A stretch of 64,000 nt of DNA from Malacoraja senta (GCA_038087875.1 JAXLNO010004340.1:124001-188000); one strand, 5' to 3'; positions 1 through 12,388 are shown, counted from the first letter of the stretch. The notes: generated by a model from the sequence alone, not told the origin. A program made the numbers and translations.

Positions 1-69
1 TCCATCCTGGACTTAGTGATGTGATTTCACCTTGTCTCTCCTCAGATATTATAAGGTTACCATTAACGT

Positions 70-450
70 TATGGACAGTCATGGAGTCACGCAACAAGCT
101 AATGAGCCCTTCAGTCAATTGAGTCCAAGATGACCATCGAACACCCATTTACACTATCCTAGTCTAATCCCACTTTTATTTTCTCCTCATTCCTATCAAC
201 ACACCAATACATCATGAACAATTTACAATGGCCAATTAACCTATCAATCTGAAGACAGACACAAAAAACTGGAGTAATTCAGCGGGACAGGCAGCATCTC
301 TGGAGAAAAGGAATGGGTGAAGTTTCGGGTCGAGACCTTTCTTCAGATGAAGGAGGAAATCGGAGCACTCAGATGAAACCCACACTTATAGAAGGGGAAT
401 GTATAAACTCAACACAGACAGCAGTTTAGATCAAGACACAACCTGGATCT
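70..450 (-). mobile_element. Degraded tRNA-derived V-SINE (HE1-like) with a Penelope terminal-repeat/hammerhead fragment inserted at ~250-348
   Basis: Matches the reverse complement of the SINE at 6091-6413. Positions 318-347 are the reverse complement of CTGAAGA..GAAA. Confidence 0.55.
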
Positions 451-1095
451 TTAATCTGAATGGTTTTCTTCACTGTCACACACAAAGATTGTAATCTCTA
501 TGAATTTATGAGAATTTCTCATTATTCTTCACAAAATAATTACTGGAACCATTCATCTCCTTTATTTCCTTGGTATCCCATCTTCTTATCTCTGACCTTC
601 CAGGAATCCTCTATGCACTGTCTGCACCTCTTCTCAGAGCAGGCTTGTACTGTTGCTGACTTTGCAAAGCCTTTCCTTCACCATTTCATTCCCACTCAAG
701 ATGATTTAAATTTAACCCCACCCCAGGTCTTCACTTCATAATCATATCCACCAGAAGCAGATCCAGTTGAAAAAATGTTCTGTCGCTTTGAAGAAATGTG
801 AAAAAATCAATGCTTATGTTGGTGTTTGTTTGATCTTCCCCAATCTGTTTCTTCAATGCCTCTTTTACCACGAAAATTGATCTTGTAACCTCCCCAAGTG
901 AAGCTGGATGGGTTGGAGGTGAAATGGTGCTTTATTTCATTGATCTTCAGGAATGATCTAAACAATGGCATCTTTCTTGAAAGGGCTTCTTTCAGAAAAC
1001 TATGTGTGGCAAAAACAAGCCTTAATTCCCCTCATGTACATTCTGCAGTATCCTGTTCATTGTTCCCTGGATATTTGGCACCATTTTTGGTGTAG

Positions 1096-1590
1096 GTCTA
1101 GGTTTAGGTTTATTATTGTCACATGTACTGAGGTAGAGTGAAATGCGTTTATTTGCATGCTATCCAATCAAATTGGATGCCAATATACAATAAATGTAAT
1201 CAAGTCAAACTTAAGTACAATAGGTAGAGCAAAGAAGAAGATACAGAGTGTAGAATATAGTTCCAATCATGGTAGTGTACCAGTTCTACAGACAAAGACC
1301 AATCCCCACAATGGGGTAGAGGTGAATCAGACAGTACCCTACCGTATGTAAGAATCATTCAGAAATCAGATATCAGGGTGAGGAAGCTGTACATGAATCT
1401 GGTGGTGTGTGCTTTTAAGCTTCTGTATCTTTTGCCTGATAGGAATGGGAATAAAAAGGAATGACCAGGGTGGGGCAGGTCTTTGATTATGTTGGTTGCT
1501 TTTCTAAGGCAGCGTGAAGTGTAGATGGAGTCAATGATGGGGAGCCTGGTTTGTGTGATAGACTCAGCAAAATCTGCATTTCTTTGCACT
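1096..1590 (-). mobile_element. Rex1/Babar-type LINE 3' end
   Basis: SITQTRLPIIDSIYTSRCLRKATNIIKD..HPGHS...SGKRYRSLKA, followed by the 3' tail acatgtgacaataa(taaac)n. Confidence 0.8.
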
Positions 1591-2761
1591 TTTGTGCTTG
1601 TGGGCATTAATTGTGAAATAATGTTGTATTTCTTCATCGTCATTATGCTGGGCATAGACTTGAGACAGATCAATTTAGCAAATACTTTTATTCTTGCTAT
1701 TGTGGCAGACAAACCTTTGGCAGATGTTGTTATTTATCATTCATCTCACTTGATAATCTCCAAAGAGTTGAATATTCGTATCTGCCTTGATGGGTGTCAC
1801 CAGTCTGTTGCATTTTCAGTAATATTGCTTCATTTTGTTCTTCTACCTATACTTACGGGAAATATTTTGGCTTATAATATATATGTGTTTTCAGTTGGCA
1901 TAATATGTATATGGACTTGGCATGCTTTAATATCCTTGTATGAGTCCATAAACATATATTCATTATGTTCCAGAATTTTAAACCTGTTTGTAATATTTTC
2001 ATGCCAAGCACATTTTCCCAACTGATTTTCAATTCTCTTGGCTAATTTCTTCTGAAGGAATAGTTTGTTCTCATAATCTGCTACTTTAATTGGAAGCATT
2101 GCTGTTTACTACGTAATTATTGGGAACCACACTTCTTGTGCCCTTAACATCCTCAGTGTCTTGGCAGAATATGTTCCCATCTTTAATGTTCTTCCTGTTA
2201 ATGGCACTTTATAAGCAATGATCATTCGTGTCCAGTTGAAAAATGAAACATTCTGCAACTTTCTCAATATCCTCACGGATGACTTGATCATTAATATTTA
2301 TTTCAGTTTTAATATAATTGTTTTTTTTTAAAGATAACTCTGGTATATATTTTGGTTCAAATGCATTCATCACATTGCACATCCTCCTAAATGCTCTACG
2401 TTGCTTACTCTTGCATGTAAAGGCCACGTCTCCTTGCTTTCCACAATTAAATTATCGGACTGACACATTTGTGATGGATTGTTCTCGTTGACAATGTTTC
2501 CTGGGAATCCTGATTTTTGGATTTTAAAGATATCGAGAGATATGGTTAGTTAAAGATATATGTATTGAGCTAAATATGGCACAGACATACCACTACATTT
2601 ATTTCTTGAAATGTTATCATTCACTCTCAGATGACCCAGACACTATGTTAAAGTTCCCACCATTACCTCTGCAGTTAGTTGGTACACTGACTTTCTACAC
2701 CAGCTGAAATTCTTTCTTGCATTTCCACGCATTAACTCTTTTTCATTCCAATTGGAGCATT

Positions 2762-2895
2762 AGTGTCTGAAGAAGGGTTCCGACCCGAAACATCACCTAT
2801 TCCTTTTCTCCAGAATTGGTGCCTAACCAGCAGAGCTACTCCAACATTTTGTGTCCATCTCTAGTATAAACCAGCATCTGCAGTTCATTCATACA
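2762..2895 (+). mobile_element. Penelope terminal-repeat fragment with minimal hammerhead motif
   Basis: gtCTGAAGAagggttccgacccGAAAcatcacc, followed by the conserved repeat tail. Confidence 0.8.
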
Positions 2896-4226
2896 TGTAA
2901 CTTAAGCTTGTCTGCTCAACAGTTAGTCTACAAAACCTATCATGCAGTGTACAATCGGGCATCATGCTGAAGATTTAATGCCCTGGAACTTTTTTTTAAA
3001 CAAATAAGCAATTGCTAATCATTTCTCCTGATCTGATTATCAAATCCAAAGTGAGAGACCTCCATCTTGCAGTTATTCCATCTGATATTTTAACAAGGTG
3101 AATTTGTCAATGTCCCAGAGATAACTTATCTTGGTTTTACCAACAAGCCAACCTCTTCAGTTTACATGCAACTTCAGTCCCAGTATTTCTCCCCTACCCC
3201 TTACATCAACAAAGTTATTCATCCTAAATTAATGCACTAAACCCCCAAGCTTTGTCAAAACTATCAAGATTTTTAGTCTGGGACTGAACTGCAATATTGG
3301 GCTTGTTTTCACTTCAAAAATTACTTGACTTGCCTTTTCTATTTTCATTAGTTTTTGCAGGTGATATCTTCGTCATTGTATTCAATACTGCACCTTCAAT
3401 TCTCCCCCTGAATCAAGGTGCACAGATTGATACATATGAGAGACAAGGAGCAATATATGTGTGTAGTTTATTTAAAGGTCCTCAGAGACCGACTCCCAAA
3501 CTTTGCATATTGTTGCAGCCTGCAGAACAGTTTGCTACATGACAAACTATTTGTGGAGAATAAAAAAGCCTTCAAGCAATAATTATTGTTCACATCAATA
3601 ATGCATAAATAAAAGTCATGGTATGTGAAGGAAAAATATTGGTTAGAAAAATGACAGAATCCCACCTAGAACATTTCCTTAGTTTGTAAAATTATTGCCC
3701 TCTGTTGTAAATGCAAGTTTTAGCGTGATTTATAAGCATTAAACTCTGGTCCTGATGGTCAACTCCTATGAATTCATTTTGTGTTTAGCACATACAACAA
3801 GTTATGAATTTTGATACTCTCAAGATCTTTACCACTCCATCCTTGGCGGAGGGAGGTCATGGGTTTAATATAATGATGGCAGACACATGGGAACACTACC
3901 ACCTGCAGGATCCTTCTCAAGTCACAGACTTGGGGAATTTTTACCATTGCTTTATCAGCAATCAATGTAAATATTGGAACACTTTTCCAGGAACAGTGGT
4001 GCAGCTGGTAGAATCACGGGTTCGATCCTGGCCACGGGTGCCGTCTATGTGAAGCGTGCACGTTCTCCCTGCGACCGCACGAGTTTTCTCCGGGTGCTCC
4101 GGTTTCCTTCCACATCCCAAAAGACGTGCAGGTTTCTCTGTTAAGTGGCCTCTGTAAATTGCCGTCAGTGACTAGGGAGTGGATGAGAAAGTGGGATAAT
4201 ATATAACTAGTGTGAACAGGAGATTG

Positions 4227-5607
4227 TGTAAGAAGGAACTGCAGATGCTGGTTTAAACTGGAGATATACACCTCTCAGACAACTTCTCCTACTTATCCTT
4301 GGACCATGATCCCACAGATGAACACTCGGCCTTAATTTCAAACACCGTTACTGCTGGATGTCTGCCTTCCACAGCCTTCAACCTTATCGTTTCCCAGCCC
4401 CGCACAGCCCGTTTTTACCTTCTCCCCAAAATCCACAAAAACAACTGCCATGGCAGACCCATTGTTTCTGCCTGCTCCTGTCCTACGGAAATGATTTCCA
4501 CGTACCTCGACTCCATCCTATCCCCCCTGGTCCAATCTCTCTCGACCTATGTCCAAGATACCTCACATGCCCTTCGTCTCTTTAATGACTACCGCTTTCT
4601 GAGCCCCCACTCCCTCATCTTTACAATGGACATTCAGTCACTCTACACCTACATCCCCCACCAGTAAGGCCTTAAAGCCCTGTTTATTCCTCGACCGCAG
4701 AACCATCCAATTTCCCTCTACTAACCTAACGGAGCCAGTCCTCATCCTCAACAAATTCTCCTTTGACTCCTCCCACTTCCTCCATGTCCAAGGCTTTGCT
4801 ATGGGCACCCGCATGGGCCCCAGCTATGCCTGCCTCTTTGTAGGGTGCATTGAACAATCCCTGTTCCAGGCGAACACTGTCCCTATCCCCAAACTCTATC
4901 TCCGTTACATTGATGAATGCATCGGCGCTACCTCCTGCACCCATGCAGCACTCATGGACTTCATCAACGTCACCACCAATTTTCATCCTGCACTCAAATT
5001 TAATTGGACCATCTCCGATACCTCCCTCGCCTTTCCGGATCTCACAGTCTCCATTACAGAAAATAGACTATTGACTGACATCTATTACAAACCCACTGAC
5101 TGGGTGATCGTGTCGCGGATCACCTATGCTCAGCCTGCCTGAACCTACATAATCTCCCGATTGCTGGACACTTTAATTCTCCTTCCCATTGCTGCATAGA
5201 CCTTTCTGTCCTCAGTCTCCTCTATTGTCAGACTGAGGCTAAACACAAATTGGAGGAACAGCATCTCATATTTCGCTTGGGCTGCTTACAGCCCAGTGGT
5301 ATGAATATTGATTTCTCTCACTTCAGGTAGTCCCGGCACTCCCTCTCTCTCTATCCCTCCCCCATCCAAGTTGCACTCGCTTCTCATTTTCACCCTACAA
5401 ACAGCTAACAATGGCCTGTTTCCTTTATCATTGTTACTTTTTTGCATATCTTTCCTTCATTGTTCTTTATCTCTCCACATCGCGTCTATATTTCTCATTT
5501 CCCGTATCTCTAACCAGTCTGAAGAAGGGTATCGACCCGAAACGTCACCCATTCCTTCTCTCCAGAGATGCTGCCTGTCCCGCTGAGTTACTCTAGCTTT
5601 TTGTGTC
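4227..5607 (+). mobile_element. Penelope-like element, 5'-truncated and internally deleted (RT, C-terminal GIY-YIG remnant, terminal repeat with hammerhead)
   Basis: ARFYLLPKIHK..GRPIVSAC; FTMDIQSLYTYIPH; AMGTRMGPSYACLF; YLRYIDECI; YYKPTD joined at ~5100 to the endonuclease C-terminus (EEQHLIFRLG). Hammerhead at 5519-5546. Short inverted terminal-repeat piece at the 5' end. Confidence 0.9.
5515..5550 (+). ncRNA. Minimal type-I hammerhead ribozyme motif (representative copy)
   Basis: cagt CTGAAGA a gggt atcg accc GAA ACGT C acc: conserved core, stem II, palindromic ACGT in place of stem III, GUC cleavage triplet. Confidence 0.75.
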
Positions 5608-6090
5608 AGTGAAAGGGAGATTGCTGGACGGCATGGGCTCAGTGGGCGAAAGTACATGTTTCGAAGCTGTATCGCTAGACTATGTTAAGCTAAACATTGT
5701 GGGAGTACTTTCACCAGCAGCAATTATTCAGGGAAATGGCATACCATCAAATTTTCAACGTCAATGAAAGATGGGCAATAAATATGATTGATTGCGTCCC
5801 CACAAAAAAAGAATTAAAAAAAAATTGCTTGTTACATGTGAGCTGTCATAACGTGCAGGCAGTCTCAACTTTGATCCAAAGGATGAATGTTTCGATAAGG
5901 TCTTGGTCTTGCGCAAACAAACTTTTGCGAGATGAAGCATAGACTAGAAAACTGTCTCAATGAAAATTTGCACCCTGTCCACCAAGGCCCCTGGATTTTC
6001 CATTTGCTATCCATTTTAACTCCCCTTCCAATTCCCATACCAACCTTTCTGTCATGGCCTCCTCCATTGCCATTCCATCAATTTGAAGCA

Positions 6091-6413
6091 GGGCGGCCAT
6101 TGTGGCACAGCGGTAGAGTTGCTGCCTTACAGAGCTTGCAGCGCCGGAAACCCGGGTTCGATCCTGATTACGGGTGCTGTCTGTATGGAGTTTGTACATT
6201 CTCCCCGTGACCGCGTGAGTTTGCTCCGAGATCTTCAATTTCCTCCCACACTCCAAAGATGTACAGGGTTGTAGGTGAATTGGCTCATTATAAATGTAAA
6301 TTGGCCCTAGTGTGTGAAGGATAGTGTTAATGTGTGGGGATCGCTGGTGGGTGCAGACTCGGTGAACCGAAGAGCCTATTTCCACGCTGTATCTCTGAAC
6401 TAAACTAAACTAA
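6091..6413 (+). mobile_element. Full-length V-SINE (HE1-like)
   Basis: Pol III A box (tggcacagcgg) and B box (ggttcgatcc), V-domain, CR1-like 3' end with (taaac)n. Confidence 0.9.
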
Positions 6414-6889
6414 TCCCGACTTAAAATGTTCTCTGTTCTGTTCCTTCTACGGATGTTGCAGAGCCCACTGTTTGTCCAACACTTTCACTTTTACTCAAGA
6501 ATTCAGAACCTGCAGTCTCTTGTGTCTCTATTCCTTCATCTTGCATTAAGTTGTCATTATGCACTCTGATCCTAGGAGGGTTGTGGCGCTCTTATCTTTG
6601 AATAATCTTAAAGCCAGAATTGCTGCCAGCTAGCTGAGAAAGCGTGACCCACACAAACCTTTGACGGAGGTTACCTGGGGCAAGAATTCTCCCTTTCATC
6701 ATTTATAGTTCACGAACAAGATGCAAACTGATTTTTTTTTTTAAATCACAAATGTAAACTCGCATGTTTCTTTTTACTACAATGAATGAAGAAAATATTT
6801 TTGATGCCTCTGAATACTTCATGCCTACTTCATAACTCATGAACTCAGTGTCTCCAGCTCATCGGTACAGAGAAGGGAAATAAATCAGA

Positions 6890-7080
6890 AGATAGGCACA
6901 AAAAGCTTGAGTAACTCAGGGGGACAGGCAGCATCTCTGGAGAGAAGGATACCAGAAGGCTCTCGACCCCAAACGTCACCCATTCCTTCTATCCAGAGAG
7001 GCTGCCTGTCCCACTGAGTTACTCCAGCTTTTTGTGTCCACCTTTAGTTTTAAATTAGCATCTGCAGTTTCTTCCTGCAC
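6890..7080. mobile_element. Fold-back Penelope terminal-repeat mini-element with 14-bp TSD
   Basis: Inverted and direct copies of the terminal repeat, flanked by ggaaataaatcaga at 6876-6889 and 7081-7094. Confidence 0.85.
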
Positions 7081-7387
7081 GGAAATAAATCAGACACAGG
7101 TCAGGGTTGTCAGCAATCAGACAATGTGGGGAACATGTTGTGGTGCTGCAACATTGTATGCCATTATTGTTTTTATTTCATTCTGACACTTAATTAGTTA
7201 CCAAATTAGTTAACACGCTCGGGGGCAGAACGTCCTGTTTCACTTATGTTCATAAAATAATTGAATGAATTAATCAGATCTGAATTTCATTCATTAACTT
7301 GAGGAGCTCGGAATTTCCTGCATATTTGTGCATAGTTGTACATGCAATCTGGGGACAATTAAATAAATAATGTAAACAACCGTGGAG

Positions 7388-7830
7388 AGTGGCATGGTAG
7401 CACAGTGGTACAGTTCAAGTTAATAAGTGAACTCATTCGGCCCATCATGTCTATTCCACCATTCAATCATGGCTGATCTTTCTTTCCCTCTTAACCCCAT
7501 TCTCATGTCTTTTCCCCATAACCCCTGACACCTGTACTAATCAAGAATCTATCCATCTATGCCTTATAAATATCCATTGAGTTGCTGCCTTACAGTGCGT
7601 GAGACCCAGGTTCGGCATTTGTATGTTCTCCCTGTGACTGTGTGTGTTTCCTCTGGTGCTCCGGTTTCCTCCCACATTCCAAAGACATAGAGGTTTGGCT
7701 TCGGTAAATATTGTAAATTTTCTCTAGTTTGTAGAATAGTACAAGTGTATGGGGATAACATGTCAGCGTGGACTCGGTGGGCCGAAGGGCCTGTTTCTGT
7801 GCTGTGTCATAATACTAAACTGAACTAAAA
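7388..7830 (+). mobile_element. V-SINE interrupted by a minus-strand CR1 3' fragment (~7415-7579)
   Basis: SINE head resumes at gagttgctgccttacag (7579). The insert is the reverse complement of the CR1 tail. Confidence 0.75.
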
Positions 7831-8194
7831 TTTGGGACAGAGTTACATGTGCACGTGGCATGTGCCAAAATCTTTTCGATCATCTCCGCCTATAGTAACT
7901 TTTGGTCCTAAAGATTATTCTGATGAACTCTTCAATTAATTGAGTTGGGGAACAAGCAAAATACTTCATGAAAAGAATAAAACTGCTGCAATTGCTGGAA
8001 ATCTGAAATCAAATGGAAAATACTGGAAGTCCTCAACTGGTTTGATGGGATTTTTGGAGAGAGGTAAGAAAAGCAGAGTGAAACTAAATAATATGATCTG
8101 CTTTATTAAGTCAATCTTTTGGGTGTTTTTTAAAATTAGTTATCCTTATTGATTTTCTTGATATGCTTGTTGCCACTCTTCCATGCAAGCAATT

Positions 8195-8450
8195 CAGTTT
8201 AGTTTATTGTCACATGTACCGAGGTCCAGTGAAAAGCTTTTTGTTGCGTGCTATCCAGTCAGCAGAGAGACAATACACAATTACAATCGATCCATTTACA
8301 GTGTATAGCTACATGGTAAGGGAATAGCGTTTAGTGCAAGGTAAAGCCAGCAAAGTCTGGTCAAGGATAGTCCGAGGGACATCAAAGAGGCAGATAGTAG
8401 TTCAGCACTGCTCTCTGGTTGAGGTAGGATGATTCAGTTGCCTGATAACA
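8195..8450 (-). mobile_element. Rex/Babar LINE 3' UTR fragment
   Basis: Reverse complement of the family tail also seen at 57130-57348 (aaaagcttttcactg...gtgacaataaac). Confidence 0.7.
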
Positions 8451-8629
8451 GCATTTATGCAAGTTACACTAAAATTTACATTTTATGTTACTTCAATTCT
8501 TAACTGTGCTAATCCTGATGTATACACTGGGCCATGGAAGCAGCAATAATATGAGGACAGGGCAAATTACAGTGGCAGTACTGAGGAATATGGAACATTA
8601 TACTGTGGAAGCAGAGGATTCCCAAGTAT

Positions 8630-8968
8630 AGGCGGCACAGTGGCGCAGCAGTAGAGTTGCTGCCTTACAGCGCTTACAGCCTGGGTTCGATCCTGACCAT
8701 GGGTGCTGTCTGTACGGAGTTTGTACTGAGGGCACGTGGGTTTTCCCCGTGGCCACGTGGGTTTTCTCCGAGATCTTCAATTTCCTCCCACACTCCAAAG
8801 ACGTACAGGTTTATTGTCTATTGTCTATTGTTTGTAGTATAATTGGCTTGGTATAAATGTAAATTGTCCCTAGTGTGTGTAGGATAGTGTTAATGTACGG
8901 GCATTGCTGGTCGGTGCAGACTCGGTGGGCCGAACGGCCTGTTTCCACGCTGTATCTCGAAACTGAAA
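8630..8968 (+). mobile_element. V-SINE (HE1-like)
   Basis: Same head, V-domain and tail as 6091-6413. Contains a lone (attgtct)n CR1-tail insert at ~8811-8830. Confidence 0.9.
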
Positions 8969-10766
8969 AGCTAAATAATCACTAGGAGAACGTGCATGCT
9001 CCACAAAGACAGCTTTGGAGGTTTGGGTCAAGCTGTGGCTGTGTGGCAGAAGCACTAACTGCTGTGCCATCTATCCAACAACATGATTCAAACTGCCTGA
9101 GGTTACAGCTTGGTGAGTCATAGACTGGGACTTTTACAAATAACTTATTAAAATGCATGTGGACAACAACCACCGCCCTACCATCATCGATCACCTTAGT
9201 CACCTCCTCAAAAAAACCCAATCAAGTTCACGACCTGCCACCAACAATGCCTTGCTGACTGTCCCTTATTAAGATGCACTGATCACATATAGTTAAGCTG
9301 CACCCTATGAGGCAGAGCAGGCTTCCCGGGCAAACAGACTTAGGTCAGATCTACAGCCCATGCCCTTGTTGGACTTATCAACTATTCTTAAACATTTCCC
9401 ATAGTATTCCAGACATGTTCAATTAGTTTAAAAGTGTTATTTTAAAAAATAGTGAAAAATGTTAAAAGATAATGTTAAGTAACATTTAGACAGGTACATG
9501 GATGGGACAGGTTTAGAGGGATCTGGGCCAAATGCAGGCAGGTGGGACTAGTGTAGATGGGGCATGTTGGCTGGAGTGGGCAAGTTGGATGGAAGGGGCC
9601 ACTTTCCATGCTATAAGACTATGACTATGAATTTATCTGAAATGGCTTCAAAATGAAACAATTTTTAAAATGCCCTCAGATTTTTGAGTGTGCACGTGCC
9701 TAATTCTAGGTGGTGCTGAGTGGGTGAGCAGTAGGTAGCTTGTAGTTCTCAATGGAACTGCCACTGAAGGAAGGCATGATTTGACTCATTTTCTCTGATA
9801 ATCATTAACTTGAAATGTTTCTCTCTCCATCGATGGCGCCTGACCGCCCGTGCATTTCCATCATTCTTGGTGGGCTCAAGGAAAGAGCGTTCATGTCGCG
9901 GCCCTGTTTCCACCAATCTTTCTACCACCACGCACAAGAAGCACAAGAAGCGAAGACAGACACCATTGTATGCAGATGCCGAGAAGTGTGTTCAGCTCTG
10001 GCTGAACAACTTCTAATCTTGTGTGTGGACTCGATAAGAAGAAGATCATTCTTGGTTTTATTTAATATTTGCTAGACACCTCAGGACATCCATTTCAGAG
10101 CGTTGAAAGCTTTTAGAAACTCTCCCATAGTTAAATATGACAAAGTATCCACGAGGTCTGTTTTTCCCAACAGTTGAGGGGCAACTCATGATAGAGTGGG
10201 TAGTGGGAGGCTGGCCCAGTTCATGGAAGGGTTGAGATATATCAGTCATAGAGGTAAAATAAATCAGAAGAGAACTGAGAGGTAAGGGAACAAAATAAAT
10301 ATGTTTTATGCAGTGTGGTTGGAATATGCTATGCACTGCCTGCAGATATGATGGAAGCAAGTTCCACTGTGGCCTTCAAATGGGACTTGGATAAATATAG
10401 AGTGGTGCAAGATTACAGGCTGTGGAGAAGGAGCCATGAGATGGAACTAGTGAGTTGCTCTGGTAAGGAGCTGGCATGGACATGATGGGCCGATTGGCTT
10501 CCTGGTGTGCAAAATGTGCTTCTGTGCTTCTTTGATTCGATGTGCTGGATATATTTGGATGAGAAAATAATGTTGGGCTGCAATTAAAATACTTATTTGC
10601 TGCACATAGTTCCCCGATAGAATGGCAGCTTTTAATAATAATGACCGGAATGCACTGAAGGATTGTGCACTTAAATTATGTGCTGCATCCTGAATATTAC
10701 AGATGCTGTGCAATTGGAACATGATCAGACGTCACTAAAAATGTTGCTGGAGTTTTGTCTTGCAGC

Positions 10767-10897
10767 TGAAGATAAACACAAAATGCTGGAGTAACTCAGC
10801 GGGTCAGGCAGCATCTCTGGAGAGAAGGAATGGGTGACGTTTCGGGTCAAGACCCTTCTTCAAACTGATGTTTCGGGTCAAGTCCCTTCTTCGGACC
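10767..10897 (-). mobile_element. Penelope terminal-repeat insertion carrying two tandem hammerhead motifs
   Basis: gtgacgtttcgggtcaagacccttcttcaaac, then tgatgtttcgggtcaagtcccttcttcggac. Flanked by cttgcagc on both sides. Confidence 0.8.
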
Positions 10898-11039
10898 CTT
10901 GCAGCCTGCGGCCACCAGCTGTTTGACATTCTGTTCTCTGCATTGGAACTGAGGTTGGCTATTTGTCCCAGCTGTTTGCTAAGTTGTGGTAGTTGAGAAA
11001 ACCCTCATAAAATTATATTTATTTTGTCTCATCGCAGCT

Positions 11040-11275
11040 TATAAGTTCATAAGGAACAGAATTAGGCCATTCGGCCCATCAAGTCTACTCGGCCATTAAA
11101 TCATGGTTGATCTCTCTTTCCCCCTCAACCCCATTCTCCTGACTTCTCCTCAAAACCCCTAACACCTGTACTAATCAAGAATCTATCTATCTCTGCCTTA
11201 AAAATATCCATTGACGGCCTCCACAGCCTTCTGTGGCAATGAATTCTGCAAATTCCCCACCCTCTGACTACAGAA
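11040..11275 (-). mobile_element. CR1 LINE 3' end fragment
   Basis: Reverse complement of the tail also at 33565-33835 and 62040-62245. Confidence 0.8.
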
Positions 11276-12386
11276 TGTCTAACTTCTTCCCCTGAAATTG
11301 AAATTAAACTCTATCAAGCCAGCCATCTTTCCATACTATTCTCTTAACAAGTTAGTTGTCGGGCTAATGTCTCTGTGTAAATACTAAGCAAAGCTTCTCT
11401 GATTGCAAAGCTCCCTGTGACGCTGTGTATTTTGGAGACATTGGTTATTGTCAGGAAGTGCGCCATGTGCCAAGCTACAAGCAGTGTGGCAGAAATGCAG
11501 AGCCAGCCTGCTTCCAGCAGCAGCCAAGGAGCTATCCCTCCAAAGTCCTTTAAGGGCAACTGTTTTGCAATTGAAAGTTTGAACATTAATGTTCACTGTC
11601 TGGAGCCATTGAGGTGTACAGAAATATGCACACGTCAGATTTAAAAAGCAGCTGTCAGTTTTAGTACTGCCATGCAATTAGATGTTATTTAAAAAAAAGC
11701 CAAAATATTCTTTGTCACATGAATTTTCATCTCATTGGTTAGTATGTCTGTTACAACAATGTTGAAAGAAAGTCATAATTAGAGAGTAATTATGGAATTT
11801 GAGTTTTAATATTATAGTTTTTAGTGTAATTATTACCTCCAGGTTTGTTTGCAGAACAAACTATACAGTAATTGCCCTGACTACACGTGTGAGTAATGTT
11901 TGACTCAGCAAAATACCCAGGTTGTATAGTAAATGTCATATTTTGTATGTGACTCCGCAGTGGAAAAATCTTACTTTTTAAAAAACAGGCCTGAAGCCCA
12001 CTTGGAATTTCTTTCATTTTAAAGTTTATACTGACCAATCTGCCAAATTTAACCATGCAAGTTTGATATCTAATAGGATGCAGGATACACCGAATGCAGT
12101 CACTTAGTTAAGTTTGATATCTAACGTAATATAGGATAACATAGAATGCACTTAATTAGCCCAGGCCTGAGATCACTTCCATCATGAGTTATCTGCTAGT
12201 TTGGATTTACTGATGGAGAAACAGGGAACTGCAGATGCTGGAATCTTGATCAAAACAAGATTCAAGAGAGTTTATTGTCATGTATCCCAGATAGGACAAT
12301 GTAATTCTTGCTTTGCTTCAGCACAACAGAATATAGTAGGCATAAATAAATACAGAACAGAACAGATCAGTGTGACCATATACCAA

Positions 12387-12388
<2 letters not shown>

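Larger units (their letters stand above)
460..3250 (-). mobile_element. Decayed Ty3/Gypsy LTR-retrotransposon gag-pol fossil (gag, zinc knuckle, protease, RT, RNase H)
   Basis: Minus-strand remnants in the expected order: zinc knuckle FNCGKQGDVAFTC (~2450-2410); protease FQLDT...TLKMGTYSAKTLRML (~2245-2145); RT KADTNIQLFGDYQV and IDLSQVYAQ...HYFTINAHK (~1790-1595); IQGTMNRILQN (~1070-1040); RH-like NEKFS*IH...VKK (~525-465). Many stops and frameshifts. Interrupted at ~1096-1590 and ~2762-2895. The gag extension above 2500 is weaker. Confidence 0.7.
3988..5695 (+). mobile_element. V-SINE (HE1-like): 5' part 3988-4226, 3' tail 5608-5695
   Basis: tRNA-like head (gtggtgcagctggtaga...ggttcgatcc) and V-domain (ccgggtgctccggtttccttccacatcccaaaagac). 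The halves are separated by the Penelope insertion, with duplication gtgaa(ca/ag)ggagattg. Confidence 0.8.
3820..5790 (+). mobile_element. Old LINE 3' fragment (CR1/L2 group), split by a SINE that is itself split by a Penelope element
   Basis: gcagacacatgggaacactaccacctgca... at 3880-3985 resumes at ~5695-5785 (...gatgggcaataaat). A related decayed copy is at ~43240-43680. Confidence 0.55.

Noticed and set aside
1525-2025. 166-aa hydrophobic plus-strand ORF resembling a membrane protein
   Set aside because: It is the antisense of the Gypsy RT fossil and a LINE fragment
3352-3420. Possible plus-strand exon (ttttgcag|...aag|gtgcac)
   Set aside because: Weak donor and unrecognised translation
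6091-6180. tRNA gene-like A/B boxes (many copies)
   Set aside because: These are SINE heads followed by a V-domain and LINE-derived tail, not cloverleaf tRNAs
9790-10075. Overlapping ORFs (…KHKKRRQTPLYADAEKCVQLWLNNF) suggesting a terminal exon
   Set aside because: The 5' part is a decayed Penelope terminal repeat; there is no acceptor site and I do not recognise the peptide
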